In this document: one piece after another, positions 9,288 through 18,160 of the stretch
Layout: each line of letters starts with the position of its first letter
How positions within the stretch are numbered: position 1 is the stretch's first letter
DNA from: a virus
Taxonomy: Duplodnaviria > Caudoviricetes
Length of the DNA: 41,829 nt
IMG/VR virus record: IMGVR_UViG_3300006169_000020
Span: 1 to 41,829 of that record
Strand: one strand, 5' to 3'
Made by a program: the position numbers and the translations under genes
The notes under the pieces: generated by a model
What the model was told of the DNA's origin: nothing
The model's input: the letters and a program-made list of their open reading frames with translations, nothing else
Databases searched by the model: none

Positions 9288-9653
9288 TCAGCGGAGCATG
9301 TCGATCTCGGCACGCACCCCGTTGGCTGCGGCCGTGAGGGCGACGCCGACCTGCTGGCCGGCACCGGGGGCGGCGTTCGTCGCGACGCCGCCACCGGCGG
9401 CAGCGACGACGATGTCGCCGGCGGCGATGGCCCCGACGGCCACGAGCCGCTGGACACCGCTCTTGCTGATCGTCACGTCCGCACCGGACGCGGCGTCGAA
9501 CGCGGCGACACCGACCCAGGCGGCCGAGGCCGCGCTGCTCGGTGCGACCGTGCCGGAGCCCGACACGACCACGAGCTGGCCGCCCGTGACCGCGGCGGAC
9601 GCCTGCCGGGTGATGTTCTGGCCCGGCTTGTACAGGGGGGAGTAGTCGGCCAT
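9288..9653 (-). CDS. Capsid cement / decoration protein
   Basis: 121 aa, Ala/Gly/Val-rich (ASAAVTGGQLV...VGVAAFDAASG...VGVALTAA), between scaffold and capsid. Confidence 0.75.
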   Translation of the reverse strand: MADYSPLYKPGQNITRQASAAVTGGQLVVVSGSGTVAPSSAASAAWVGVAAFDAASGADVTISKSGVQRLVAVGAIAAGDIVVAAAGGGVATNAAPGAGQQVGVALTAAANGVRAEIDMLR

Positions 9654-9656
9654 GGC

Positions 9657-11045
9657 TCACGCCTCCTTCGTGGTGGGCTCGCCCCAGCCGACGGACGCCA
9701 TCAGGGAGTCCTGCTGGCTGGTGACGGCGTCGGGGTTGTCGCCGTGCCCCAGCTCGTCGAGGGGCACGATGTCCGGCGCGGACGCGAAGTGCGCGCGCGT
9801 CCCGTTGGGGTCGCGGTCGTACTCCTTCTCCCACGCCTTGCGGTTGGACGGCGCGAACTTCGCGCGCACGCTGTCCAGGAACGCGTCGCGGCCCTGCTGC
9901 CGCAGCTGCGTGGCCGCCTGGACGCCCTGCGCGGCCGCGTCCTCGAGGTCGGAGAGGCGAGCCTCGGGGATGACCACGTGGCCGTCCGGGATGGCGTTCT
10001 CCTGGTCGCTGCCGGTGTCGTCGGCGCGCTCGTTGAGCGCCTCCGTGAGCGCCTCGAGGCACGTGGCCACGTCGGCGTCCTCGTCGACACCAACCGCCTG
10101 ACGCAGGGTGGTGAGCTGCTCGTCGGTGATGTCAGCCACGGCAGCGTCTCCTTCCATGGTTGGGTCCCCGGGCGCAGGCGCGGCCGGAGGGGTGGTCCCG
10201 GTCGCGGACGCGGCCGGGGTCTTCGGCGCCGGAGCGTGGGAACGCCCGGCGTAGTTGAAGATCGAGAGGTCGAACCGGTCCTCGACCGGGTCGCCGGCGC
10301 CGGGCTCGTTCGGGTCCCCGGCGGTGCTGGTGTCGCCGGCGTCCGGGACGACCTCGACACGGTCGGCGAGCTTGGCCGCCACGGCCTCCTTGGCCGTGTA
10401 CCAGATCTCGTCGACCATCAGGGCGCGCCACTGCTCGTCGGTCCCGCCGGCAGACTCGGCATACACCGACGCGATCGCGTTCGAGCACGAGTCGAGGAAG
10501 GACGCGGCCTTGCGCATGACCGCGGCCGGCCCCCACGCGAACCCGGACGCGTCGTGGATCATCATCTGGGTGCCGGGAGACATCACCGTCTCGTCGACAC
10601 CCGTCGCGATTACCGACGCGGCAGACGCGGCGACACCGTCGACGACAGCCACCACGCGCGCCCGGTGGGCACGAAGCATGTTGAGGATCGCCATGCCCTC
10701 CCACACCTCACCCCCGGGGGAGTTGATCCGCACCCGGACCTCGTCGACGTCCGCGTCGAGGCCGTCCAGGGCGGCCGAGACGTCCGCGGCGGAGATGCCC
10801 CACCAGCCGCCCCACGAGTCGATCGGGCCGTAGATCCGCAGGGTGGCGACCTTCTCGCCGGTGGAGGAGCCACCAGCGGTCGAGGTCTCACCCTCCGCCG
10901 CGGCCCGGACCGTGCAGGAGAACATGTCGGCACGGTTCTTCGGCGGCTTCCGGTCGCCCCAGAACCGGAGCCGCGGCACGAGCAGCGCGGCCGGCGGCTC
11001 GGGGACCGGCAGCTGGGGCAGGCTCACCTGTGCGGGCATGGTCAC
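9657..11045 (-). CDS. ClpP-type capsid maturation protease fused to a scaffold-like domain
   Basis: ClpP motifs RINSPGG, DGVAASAAS, MMIHDA and EIWYTAKEAVAAKLAD, followed by an acidic helical C-terminal half. Confidence 0.88.
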   Translation of the reverse strand: MTMPAQVSLPQLPVPEPPAALLVPRLRFWGDRKPPKNRADMFSCTVRAAAEGETSTAGGSSTGEKVATLRIYGPIDSWGGWWGISAADVSAALDGLDADVDEVRVRINSPGGEVWEGMAILNMLRAHRARVVAVVDGVAASAASVIATGVDETVMSPGTQMMIHDASGFAWGPAAVMRKAASFLDSCSNAIASVYAESAGGTDEQWRALMVDEIWYTAKEAVAAKLADRVEVVPDAGDTSTAGDPNEPGAGDPVEDRFDLSIFNYAGRSHAPAPKTPAASATGTTPPAAPAPGDPTMEGDAAVADITDEQLTTLRQAVGVDEDADVATCLEALTEALNERADDTGSDQENAIPDGHVVIPEARLSDLEDAAAQGVQAATQLRQQGRDAFLDSVRAKFAPSNRKAWEKEYDRDPNGTRAHFASAPDIVPLDELGHGDNPDAVTSQQDSLMASVGWGEPTTKEA

Positions 11046-12340
11046 TCTCCTGTCTGCGGGCGGTCGCTGCCCTGGTCGTGCGCGGGAAGGCCCAGACCGA
11101 GGCGGATGTGCGCCTCGAGGCCCTCGTCAGGTGTCAGGACGCCGCCGTCGACGAGCAACTTGATCGCGGTCGCAACCGCTGCCGTCTGAGAGCCGATCTC
11201 GTCGAACACCAGCTTCGGAGCCGCCTCGTCGACGCCCCAGTTCAGGTCGACGATGTCCTCGATCACGTGGGCCGTCGTGACGTCCGCGACGTCCTGGGCG
11301 CCCGCCTGCAGCGAGTTGACGAAGATGTCCGCGAACGTCGTGCCGAGAGCCCACGAGCCGGTCTGCTGGCCCAGGTTGAGCACGTGCGCGAGGACTGAGC
11401 GGCCGATCTGCTCGTCGTGGTACTTGACCTTCGGCAGCGCGTCGACCGTCTGGCCCTGGACGCCCTGCAGCGTGAACTGTGCGCCGTGGGGGATGGCGAT
11501 GCCGGAGTTGTCGCCGGCGCGGGCCTCCTCGGCCAGACGCTTTCCCGGCCCCAGGTCGGTCTCGCCCTCGGCTCCCTCGTACACCGGCAGGCCCATGCTG
11601 TTGCGGTCCACTGCCTGGGTGTCCGAGCGGAGCAGGCGGTCCTTCAGCAGCCAGTTCTTGTATGCCGACCGCAACACCGACTGGCCGGCCCAGCTGCCTT
11701 CCTTCTCGTTCACGTGCACGACGAGCCGGGACACCGGGATCGGCTGCGCGTCGAACTGCTTGATGCTGACCAGGCCACCGTCACGGGCCTGCTCGATGCG
11801 CTCGATCGTCCTCGGGTACCGGGGGCCGAGCTTGCGCAGCCGGGCCCGGCCCGTGACGTCGTCGATCCTGTACATCTGCTCGAACGGCATGATCCCGTAC
11901 CGCAGGGACAGCAGCACCAGACGCAGGTGCTCGGACCAGTTGAACCGGTCCCTCGTGCGACCCTTGATCGGGTCGTTGTTCCCGCGGATCGGCAATCCGA
12001 GGTCCTGCGAGATCTCCTCGACCACCTCGTCGCGAGCGCCGTTCGGGTCGATCCGCCAGCCGGTGGAGCGGATCGGGTGCGTCACGGCCAGCATGACCGA
12101 GCGCACCTGGGCGTCCTGGCGGACCATGGCGTCGAAGATCTGCAGGGAGTACGGCCAGCGCAGCTCCGGGGTCTGCTCGTCGTCGCTGACGTCGACGTTC
12201 CACCAGCCGCTGCCGCTGGTAGGTGTTGCGGCGTACCCGACCTCGCGCTGCACCGTCTGAGACCGCACTGGGGGAGAGGTGGTGGCGGCCCGGGGCCGGC
12301 GCTGGCCGGCGACCTGGGTGGCGCGGCGAGAGCGGGCCAT
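11042..12340 (-). CDS. Portal protein (DUF935/Mu gp29-like)
   Basis: 432 aa after TerL; GQSVLRSAYKNWLLK, YHDEQIGRSVLAHVLNLG and GSWALG motifs. Confidence 0.88.
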   Translation of the reverse strand: MARSRRATQVAGQRRPRAATTSPPVRSQTVQREVGYAATPTSGSGWWNVDVSDDEQTPELRWPYSLQIFDAMVRQDAQVRSVMLAVTHPIRSTGWRIDPNGARDEVVEEISQDLGLPIRGNNDPIKGRTRDRFNWSEHLRLVLLSLRYGIMPFEQMYRIDDVTGRARLRKLGPRYPRTIERIEQARDGGLVSIKQFDAQPIPVSRLVVHVNEKEGSWAGQSVLRSAYKNWLLKDRLLRSDTQAVDRNSMGLPVYEGAEGETDLGPGKRLAEEARAGDNSGIAIPHGAQFTLQGVQGQTVDALPKVKYHDEQIGRSVLAHVLNLGQQTGSWALGTTFADIFVNSLQAGAQDVADVTTAHVIEDIVDLNWGVDEAAPKLVFDEIGSQTAAVATAIKLLVDGGVLTPDEGLEAHIRLGLGLPAHDQGSDRPQTGE

Positions 12341-12363
12341 GGAACCTCCTCATCGCGCTGGGG

Positions 12364-13989
12364 CTAGAACGACACCTTCGACACGTCGGTCTCGTGCGAG
12401 GTCCGCCGGCGGCGGCCACGCTCCGGGGGTTGGCGCCTCGGCGCCTTCCCCGGAGGGGGCGGCGGTGCCTTCGCGGTCCGCTCGCTCTTCACGACGGCAT
12501 ACGCCGCCAGGTGCGTGCTGACGATGGGGCCCTGGTTGACCTCGGTGGAGACGGTGCGGCGCAACGCGTACCGGTCCAGCAGCCTGCGCAGCTCCGCTCC
12601 CGCGAGCGCCGCGGTCAGGAGGCGTCCGCCGCGGTGCCGCACCCCGGGCTCCGGGGCGCCCTTCTCCGGGTGCAACGGGTCGGGCTTGGGGTTGAGGTTG
12701 GTGTAGAACCACGTCCAGGCGTTCTTGACGTCCTCCGCGTCGAACAGCTTCACCGCCACACCGGCCTCGGCGAGGTCGCCCTGCATGAACCCGAGCGGGC
12801 CCTTCGGGTCGAGCCACACCTCGGCGTTGTGCGTCTCCTGCAACGCCTTCGCGCGGTCGACCATCCATGCCACACCGGGGTCGTGGTCGACCAGCTCGAT
12901 GTGCACCGCACCGTCCGTGCGGCGACCGGCGACGCTGATCGAGCCGGCTGCGAGCTGGCTGTCGGCCTCGAGGACGAACCGTGGCGTCTCCCCGGGGCGG
13001 ATCTTCGAGGTCGGGTCCACCGCTCGGAGCCAGGCCTGCTCGGGAACGACCCAGTCCGATCCCTCTTCGCGCGGGTAGGTCGCCGCGCCGCACCGTTCGC
13101 GCCCGAACGCCTGGCGCGACATGCGCTTGAACTCCTTCGCGATGAACTCGTAGCTCAGGCCGCGGCCGAGGCGGGGGTTCACGCGGGCGATGAGGTCGAG
13201 GTCGTCGAAGTCGGCCTCCGGGTCGGCGTGCCAGCCCCGGTACGCGAGGCCTCGCTCGTTCGACTGGAAGGACCGCCACAGCTTCGCCTGGATCGTCGCG
13301 CGCAGCCCGCCGGCAGAGCCGGCGTAGTTCAGCTGGGCGTTCTCCGCACCGGTGACGAGCGGCATCAGCGCTGCGAGCTCTTCCTCGTCGAGCTCCTGCG
13401 ACTCGTCGATGATCAGGCGGTTGTACCCCTGCCCGCGTGCGCTGTCCTTGGTGCGGGTGCGGAAGTAGCAGACGGCGCCGTTCTTCAGCTGGATCGCGCG
13501 CTGGCCGTTCGCCCGCCGCGGGCCGGTGTCGACGAGCTCGGCCCACAGCTTCGGTGTCCGCTGGATCGCCGCGACGACGTTGTTGAACACGTCGAGCGCC
13601 GTGTCGTCACGGTGCGCCGTGTACATGATCTTCTTCTCGCCCAGCAGGAACAGCCCGGCCAGGATGAGGATCTCGAGTTCGACGGACTTGCCGTTGCGGC
13701 GGGACAGGATGTCGCACGTCTCGCCGGCCGCCCACCGCTCGACCAGGACACCGTCACGCCGTTCGGTCACGTTGGCGCCGAGCTTGTCGACCAGGCCCTC
13801 ACGCTGGAACTCGTACAGGTCGTACCCGCAGTACTCGGCGAGCACGATCGCGTCCGGGCCGTGCGAGAAGGCGGAATCGGGAACCAGGCGGTGGGTGGGG
13901 GTCTGGATCCCCACGGGCAGATCGCGCTCGTCGTACCTGGCGTCAGGTGCGAGAAGTGCGCTCAGCCGCATCGCGGGCCCTCCGCTCAC
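12364..13989 (-). CDS. terL: Terminase large subunit
   Basis: Walker A-like SRRNGKS, YTAH, Walker B LIIDESQ, coupling motif YAGSAG, NPRLG and FGRER. Alternative start ATG at 13971. Confidence 0.92.
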   Translation of the reverse strand: MSGGPAMRLSALLAPDARYDERDLPVGIQTPTHRLVPDSAFSHGPDAIVLAEYCGYDLYEFQREGLVDKLGANVTERRDGVLVERWAAGETCDILSRRNGKSVELEILILAGLFLLGEKKIMYTAHRDDTALDVFNNVVAAIQRTPKLWAELVDTGPRRANGQRAIQLKNGAVCYFRTRTKDSARGQGYNRLIIDESQELDEEELAALMPLVTGAENAQLNYAGSAGGLRATIQAKLWRSFQSNERGLAYRGWHADPEADFDDLDLIARVNPRLGRGLSYEFIAKEFKRMSRQAFGRERCGAATYPREEGSDWVVPEQAWLRAVDPTSKIRPGETPRFVLEADSQLAAGSISVAGRRTDGAVHIELVDHDPGVAWMVDRAKALQETHNAEVWLDPKGPLGFMQGDLAEAGVAVKLFDAEDVKNAWTWFYTNLNPKPDPLHPEKGAPEPGVRHRGGRLLTAALAGAELRRLLDRYALRRTVSTEVNQGPIVSTHLAAYAVVKSERTAKAPPPPPGKAPRRQPPERGRRRRTSHETDVSKVSF

Positions 13990-14416
13990 GCATGGCGTCG
14001 AGCCGGTCGGAGCCGATCACGACACCCTCGTCGTCGCCGTCGTCCTCGCCCTTGCCGTTCGTGCGGCCCGGGGCGATGGAGAGACCGAGGAGCTTGACGC
14101 GGTCCCTGCTCAGTCGGGCGGCCTCGCGCACGGCGGAGAGGTCGCCACGGGACGCCGCCGGCCAGATCGCCTGGTTGAGCAGCTCGAGGCGGTGCAGCTC
14201 GAGCGTGCGGTGGTGCTCGTCCGTCATCGCGCGGTCCGACGAGGTGAGCGCGCGCTTGTACGCCTTCCACGCCGACGACCGGTTCGCGTAACCACACTTC
14301 GCCGCGATCTCGTCGAAGCCGAGCCCCTTGGCCCGCAACTTCAGCACCCTCATCTCGCGAAGCGCGGTCTTCGACATCGGGCGTGCCTTCGGCTGCTGCG
14401 ACTCGGCCACGGTCAC
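13943..14416 (-). CDS. Terminase small subunit (N-terminal HTH)
   Basis: HTH (LRAKGLGFDEIAAKCGY), then LELHRLELL...GDLSAV...KLLGL; directly upstream of TerL. Confidence 0.72.
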   Translation of the reverse strand: MTVAESQQPKARPMSKTALREMRVLKLRAKGLGFDEIAAKCGYANRSSAWKAYKRALTSSDRAMTDEHHRTLELHRLELLNQAIWPAASRGDLSAVREAARLSRDRVKLLGLSIAPGRTNGKGEDDGDDEGVVIGSDRLDAMRERRARDAAERTSRT

Positions 14417-14438
14417 CTCCCGTACTGCGGCTTCGGAA

Positions 14439-14741
14439 TCAGCCGCGGTGCTGGGAGACGTTCACCTGCACCGCGTCGTTGGCCCACCCGGCCCGGGGCT
14501 GGTTGCCCGGGTTGCAGTGGCCGGCGAGCATGACAGACCAGGGCGCGTCACCCACGGCGCCCGACTCGCACACCGAGCGGGCGGCGCCGGCGGCCGCGCT
14601 GATCTGCGCGTACACGTCCTTGTCGGTCAGCGCGGCGAACACACCAGGGTTCTTCGCGCGCTGCTCCTCGATGAAGGCCTCGACCTGGGCGTCGATCTCG
14701 TCGCTGGACTGGACGACGCGGGCAGGGATGTGCCAACTCAT
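14439..14741 (-). CDS. Hypothetical protein
   Basis: 100 aa, translationally coupled. Confidence 0.65.
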   Translation of the reverse strand: MSWHIPARVVQSSDEIDAQVEAFIEEQRAKNPGVFAALTDKDVYAQISAAAGAARSVCESGAVGDAPWSVMLAGHCNPGNQPRAGWANDAVQVNVSQHRG

Positions 14742-14923
14742 CGGTTTGCCCGTCGCGAGAGCTTGGCCGCCTTGCGCCGGGCCTTGCGTGCGGCCTCTTG
14801 CTGGAGCGACCTCGCCACGCGCTGGATGTCGGCCTCAGCTCCGCTCACGACGATCATGCCGTCCGGGACGACAGCGGGCATGGTGTCGAGCATGGTCACG
14901 GCGCCGGTTCGAGTGTCGATCAT
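14738..14923 (-). CDS. Hypothetical protein
   Basis: 61 aa, AAGGA RBS upstream, basic C-terminus. Confidence 0.6.
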   Translation of the reverse strand: MIDTRTGAVTMLDTMPAVVPDGMIVVSGAEADIQRVARSLQQEAARKARRKAAKLSRRANR

Positions 14924-14966
14924 GTTGGTGCGTCCTTCCGTGGTGGGAAATCCTGGGCTGTGGCTG

Positions 14967-15245
14967 TCACCACTCCTGCGACGGTCTGAAGTCCTGGATG
15001 TCGCGGCCGAGCTGACCGCCGGCGGATCGGTTCCCGCCCTCGGGGCAGTCGCTGTAGTCGGCGTGCTCGACGCGATCCGCCTTCGACCCGGGGTGCAGGG
15101 CCTTGTCCTTCGAGTGGCCGAAGTCCAGCCGCTGCCCCTTCAGCATCAGCTCCCCACAGCGCGGACAGGGCTTGTTGTAGGCCTCCCGGATCGCCAGTTC
15201 GCGTCGACGCTGGTGATCGGGGCCGTACGCCGCGTCACGAGCCAC
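14967..15245 (-). CDS. Packaging-associated HNH-type endonuclease
   Basis: YGPDHQRRR, CPRCG, LDFGH and EH...C...NRSAG pattern; first gene of the late operon. Confidence 0.7.
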   Translation of the reverse strand: MARDAAYGPDHQRRRELAIREAYNKPCPRCGELMLKGQRLDFGHSKDKALHPGSKADRVEHADYSDCPEGGNRSAGGQLGRDIQDFRPSQEW

Positions 15246-15490
15246 CTGGGCACCACCTAACTCGGCGCGGGCCCCCGATGTTTCCCCTAGGGCCTCGTTG
15301 TTTCCCGCTGGGGGGAGAGAGGAACACGCCCGGAGGCGTGCCCTGCAAGGGGGGCCGCGAGATTTTCTGGCGGGCGAGCGAGGGAGCCGGACACGGCGCG
15401 AGCCCGGTCGCAGCGTGCGAACCGGGCTCGGAAGACAGTTGTCCTACTGGCTGACAGAGTACCCGCAGGCCGGGCAGAATCACAAGCATG
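15246..15490 (-). promoter_or_regulatory. Non-coding late-control region: candidate promoter and hairpin, possible packaging site
   Basis: Minus-strand TTGTGA (15485-15480) N18 TACTCT (15461-15456); 10-bp perfect inverted repeat at 15399-15408/15421-15430. Confidence 0.45.
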
Positions 15491-15697
15491 TCACTCGGGT
15501 GTGTCTGTCAGGGCCCAGAGCACGGAGCGCGACGCCGGGGCGCGGAAGCCGACGACCTGGCCTGACCGCTCGAGCTGGCGCAGGGCTGGGTAGACCTCGT
15601 GATGCCATGAGCGCAGCGCCTGGCACACCTCGGCTGTCGTCATCGCTGGGCGCTGACCCAGCACAGCGATCACGCGGTGCTGCTTGTCAGTCGTCAT
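15491..15697 (-). CDS. Small winged-HTH-like protein
   Basis: 68 aa, MTTAEVCQAL...VYPALRQLERSGQV pattern. Confidence 0.55.
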   Translation of the reverse strand: MTTDKQHRVIAVLGQRPAMTTAEVCQALRSWHHEVYPALRQLERSGQVVGFRAPASRSVLWALTDTPE

Positions 15698-15845
15698 CCT
15701 CGTCGCCCTCGTCGTTGAACTCGTACACGCGAGCCTCACGACCAGACAGGATCTCGCCGGCGCAGATCCGGGACAGCCGCTCGAAGGCCTCGACAAACTC
15801 GGCGTCGCTGCTCGTGTCGACCGAGAGGCACACCGTGCGCTTCAC
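15687..15845 (-). CDS. Small acidic hypothetical protein
   Basis: 52 aa (MKRTVCLSVDTSSDAEFVEAFERL...DEDDD); GTGA coupling to the upstream stop; below the ORF-track cutoff. Confidence 0.55.
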   Translation of the reverse strand: MKRTVCLSVDTSSDAEFVEAFERLSRICAGEILSGREARVYEFNDEGDEDDD

Positions 15846-16120
15846 GGTGCGCTCCCACCGAGCGGCCAGGTGACGCCGGCCCGGGTGCGGTGGTCGACCG
15901 TGTGGTGGTACGGCTCGATGCAGAGGTCAGCGTCGTCCGGGTCGCCGCACGCGACGACGTGGCACCAGACACAGCGCAGCGATGTGCGGGCCCGGCCGGC
16001 TCGTCGGTAGGTGTACGGCCGGTAGTCGTGCTCGACACCGCCGATGGTGCAGAGCTCGACGTGCGGGTCGAGGGCGGTGCAGAGCTCGGGCAGCCGGAGG
16101 TCGGCGTGGTCAGTGGCCAT
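15842..16120 (-). CDS. Hypothetical Cys/His-rich protein
   Basis: 92 aa, CVWCH...C...C..PYHH; overlaps both neighbours. Confidence 0.6.
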   Translation of the reverse strand: MATDHADLRLPELCTALDPHVELCTIGGVEHDYRPYTYRRAGRARTSLRCVWCHVVACGDPDDADLCIEPYHHTVDHRTRAGVTWPLGGSAP

Positions 16121-16334
16121 TGCCCTCGGTGTCCTTCCGCGCGACCGGGCCGCGCTGCTCGGCCTCGTACACCTCGTCGAGGTCCCACACGGCGTAGCGG
16201 GTGCGGCCGACGAAGGCGTACCGGTACGGCTTCAGGTCGCGCCGGCGGGCCCACTTGCTGAACTGGGCAGGGTCGACGTCGACCGCGGCGGCCGCGGCCT
16301 CGGTGCCGACGTACTTCTCGATGATCAGGCTCAC
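16110..16334 (-). CDS. HTH DNA-binding protein (MerR/excisionase-like)
   Basis: VGTEAAAAAVDVDPAQFSKWARR...WDLDEV. Confidence 0.6.
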   Translation of the reverse strand: MSLIIEKYVGTEAAAAAVDVDPAQFSKWARRRDLKPYRYAFVGRTRYAVWDLDEVYEAEQRGPVARKDTEGNGH

Positions 16335-16591
16335 GCGCCCTGCTCCCTTCGCCTGGCCTTGGCGGACCGGAGGAAGCGGGTGCGGGTGCGGCGCAGCCGG
16401 TTCACCGTCAGCGGGTCATGGGCGAGGGCGGCCTCGGTGTCGATCAGGGCGTTGAGCAGCTGGTAGTACCTGGTCGCACCGAGGTCGAGACGGGCCCGCA
16501 CCTCGGCCTCCTTCTGGCCGGGTCCCCACGTGGTGCGCTTCTCGATCTCGAGGATCGTCAGGGACCGCTCGTCGAGCTCGGGCACGGTCAC
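16331..16591 (-). CDS. DUF3263-like protein
   Basis: ILEIEKR...GQKEAEVRARLDLGATRYYQLLNALID..AALAHDPLTVNRLRR matches the recalled actinobacterial DUF3263 consensus. Confidence 0.8.
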   Translation of the reverse strand: MTVPELDERSLTILEIEKRTTWGPGQKEAEVRARLDLGATRYYQLLNALIDTEAALAHDPLTVNRLRRTRTRFLRSAKARRREQGA

Positions 16592-17544
16592 GCGCTGTCA
16601 CGCTCCTCGATGGCCAGCCCCAGGGCTCGGAGCTCGTGGATGGTCCACACGTTCGGCCGGCCGCGCTCGTCCTTGCACGAGGGGCGCTGGCACTCGACCG
16701 ACTGCGTGATCGGGTTCTGCCGCAGCGACGCCGAGCCGCAGTAGGGGCAGCGGGCCTGCACCCACCGGTTGCGGCGGTGCTTGCGCATGGCCCGGCACGA
16801 CGGGTGGGCGCAGCCGCTGTGGATCGGGCCGACGAAGTACTCGCCGCGGCGCAGGTGGTCCGGGTGGTCCGGGTTCGGCACCTGCGTGACGCGCGGCCAC
16901 GGCTGCTCGTGCCCGGTGATCAGCAGCGCCTGCTGGTGCCAGGACCGGACCGCCGGCTCCGGTGGCTGCTCCCACGACTGGACGTGCTCGCCCGGGTACG
17001 GGGCGTACATGGCCAGGTCGTGGTCCGGGTGCCGATCGCGCAGCAGGGGCAGGATCCGGACGATGTCGCGAAGCGCCTCGCGGCCTGCGTCCTCGACCGG
17101 GGCCCTCGTCGCCAGGGCCGACGCGCGCCGCAGCACTGGCAGCGGTTCGGCCAAGGGCGGCTGCCACGTCGGCACGGTCACCACGTACCGGACCCGCAGC
17201 GGCGTGAAGCCGAGGAGCCGGCGCATGCGGGCGTTGAGGTCGATCGAGCCGCGGAGGATCTCGTCGACGAGCTCACCGGCCTTCCTGTCCCACGGTGCCG
17301 GCGAGTGACGCTGCCCCCGAGGCCGCTTCCCCGGGTCCTCCTTCGCCGGCGCCGTGCCCGGCACCACCATCGACTGCAACCGCACCAGCAGCGGCGTCGC
17401 CGCGAACGCGGCGTGCGTGCACGGGTTCGGGCCGGTCTTGGTGCACCGGTGCTCGGCCGGCCAGTCACCCTGGGCGCTGAACACGTCCAGCAGCTCCTTC
17501 ACGACCTCGTCGAGGGTCAGCAGGTCCGTCATCGACTCACGCAC
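16588..17544 (-). CDS. Hypothetical protein with C-terminal zinc ribbon (possible late regulator)
   Basis: 318 aa; CPYCG...ECQRPSC...W at the C-terminus; near the end of the early operon. Confidence 0.6.
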   Translation of the reverse strand: MRESMTDLLTLDEVVKELLDVFSAQGDWPAEHRCTKTGPNPCTHAAFAATPLLVRLQSMVVPGTAPAKEDPGKRPRGQRHSPAPWDRKAGELVDEILRGSIDLNARMRRLLGFTPLRVRYVVTVPTWQPPLAEPLPVLRRASALATRAPVEDAGREALRDIVRILPLLRDRHPDHDLAMYAPYPGEHVQSWEQPPEPAVRSWHQQALLITGHEQPWPRVTQVPNPDHPDHLRRGEYFVGPIHSGCAHPSCRAMRKHRRNRWVQARCPYCGSASLRQNPITQSVECQRPSCKDERGRPNVWTIHELRALGLAIEERDSA

Positions 17545-18160
17545 CGAACACCACCTCGCACGGGTGGAGCTCGTACAGGTCGCCGACGTCGAGGACGGTC
17601 GCCCGCTCGACCCGGCGGGCCACGATCTGGTTGTGCTGGGCCGAGCGGACCAGGATCCGGTCGCCGGCTTCCGACGGTTCCGGCTCGAGCATCACGATCC
17701 GCATGTCCTCCTCGGCCCGGATCCACGTCACCGGCAGGTCGCACGACCGGCACCGATCGTGGTGCCGCTCCTGGTAGTGCTCCCGCCACAACCGGTCCGC
17801 CTCAGCCCTCACCGACTTCGACACCACCCACGGGCACAGCTGGCACGAGTGCTGCGTGCGGCGCCGGCGCGCAGGCCGCCCAGCCCGGCACGTCACGAAG
17901 TGCGACAGGTACGCCGGCCCGTCGCCCGGATCGACCGGCAGAGCCGTCGCCTGCAGGACCCTGGCCACCGCGTGCCGCGACTGGGGCACCGGGACCAGCA
18001 CCACGTTCCCGTCCGGGTGCGGCTCAGGGTCCAGCGGGATCGACTTTCCCCGGGCCTCGGTCTTGGCCCACACCACCAACGCCTGGCACCTCTGACACTT
18101 CGCCCTCTCACCGACCAAGGCAACGAACGTCCGAGCAGGCGGCACAACAGCAGCAGTCAC
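17537..18160 (-). CDS. Hypothetical Zn-binding protein with two similar CxxC modules
   Basis: CQRCQALVVW...IPLDPEP...HFVTC and CRSCDLPVTW...LEPEP...HPC. Confidence 0.65.
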   Translation of the reverse strand: MTAAVVPPARTFVALVGERAKCQRCQALVVWAKTEARGKSIPLDPEPHPDGNVVLVPVPQSRHAVARVLQATALPVDPGDGPAYLSHFVTCRAGRPARRRRTQHSCQLCPWVVSKSVRAEADRLWREHYQERHHDRCRSCDLPVTWIRAEEDMRIVMLEPEPSEAGDRILVRSAQHNQIVARRVERATVLDVGDLYELHPCEVVFGA

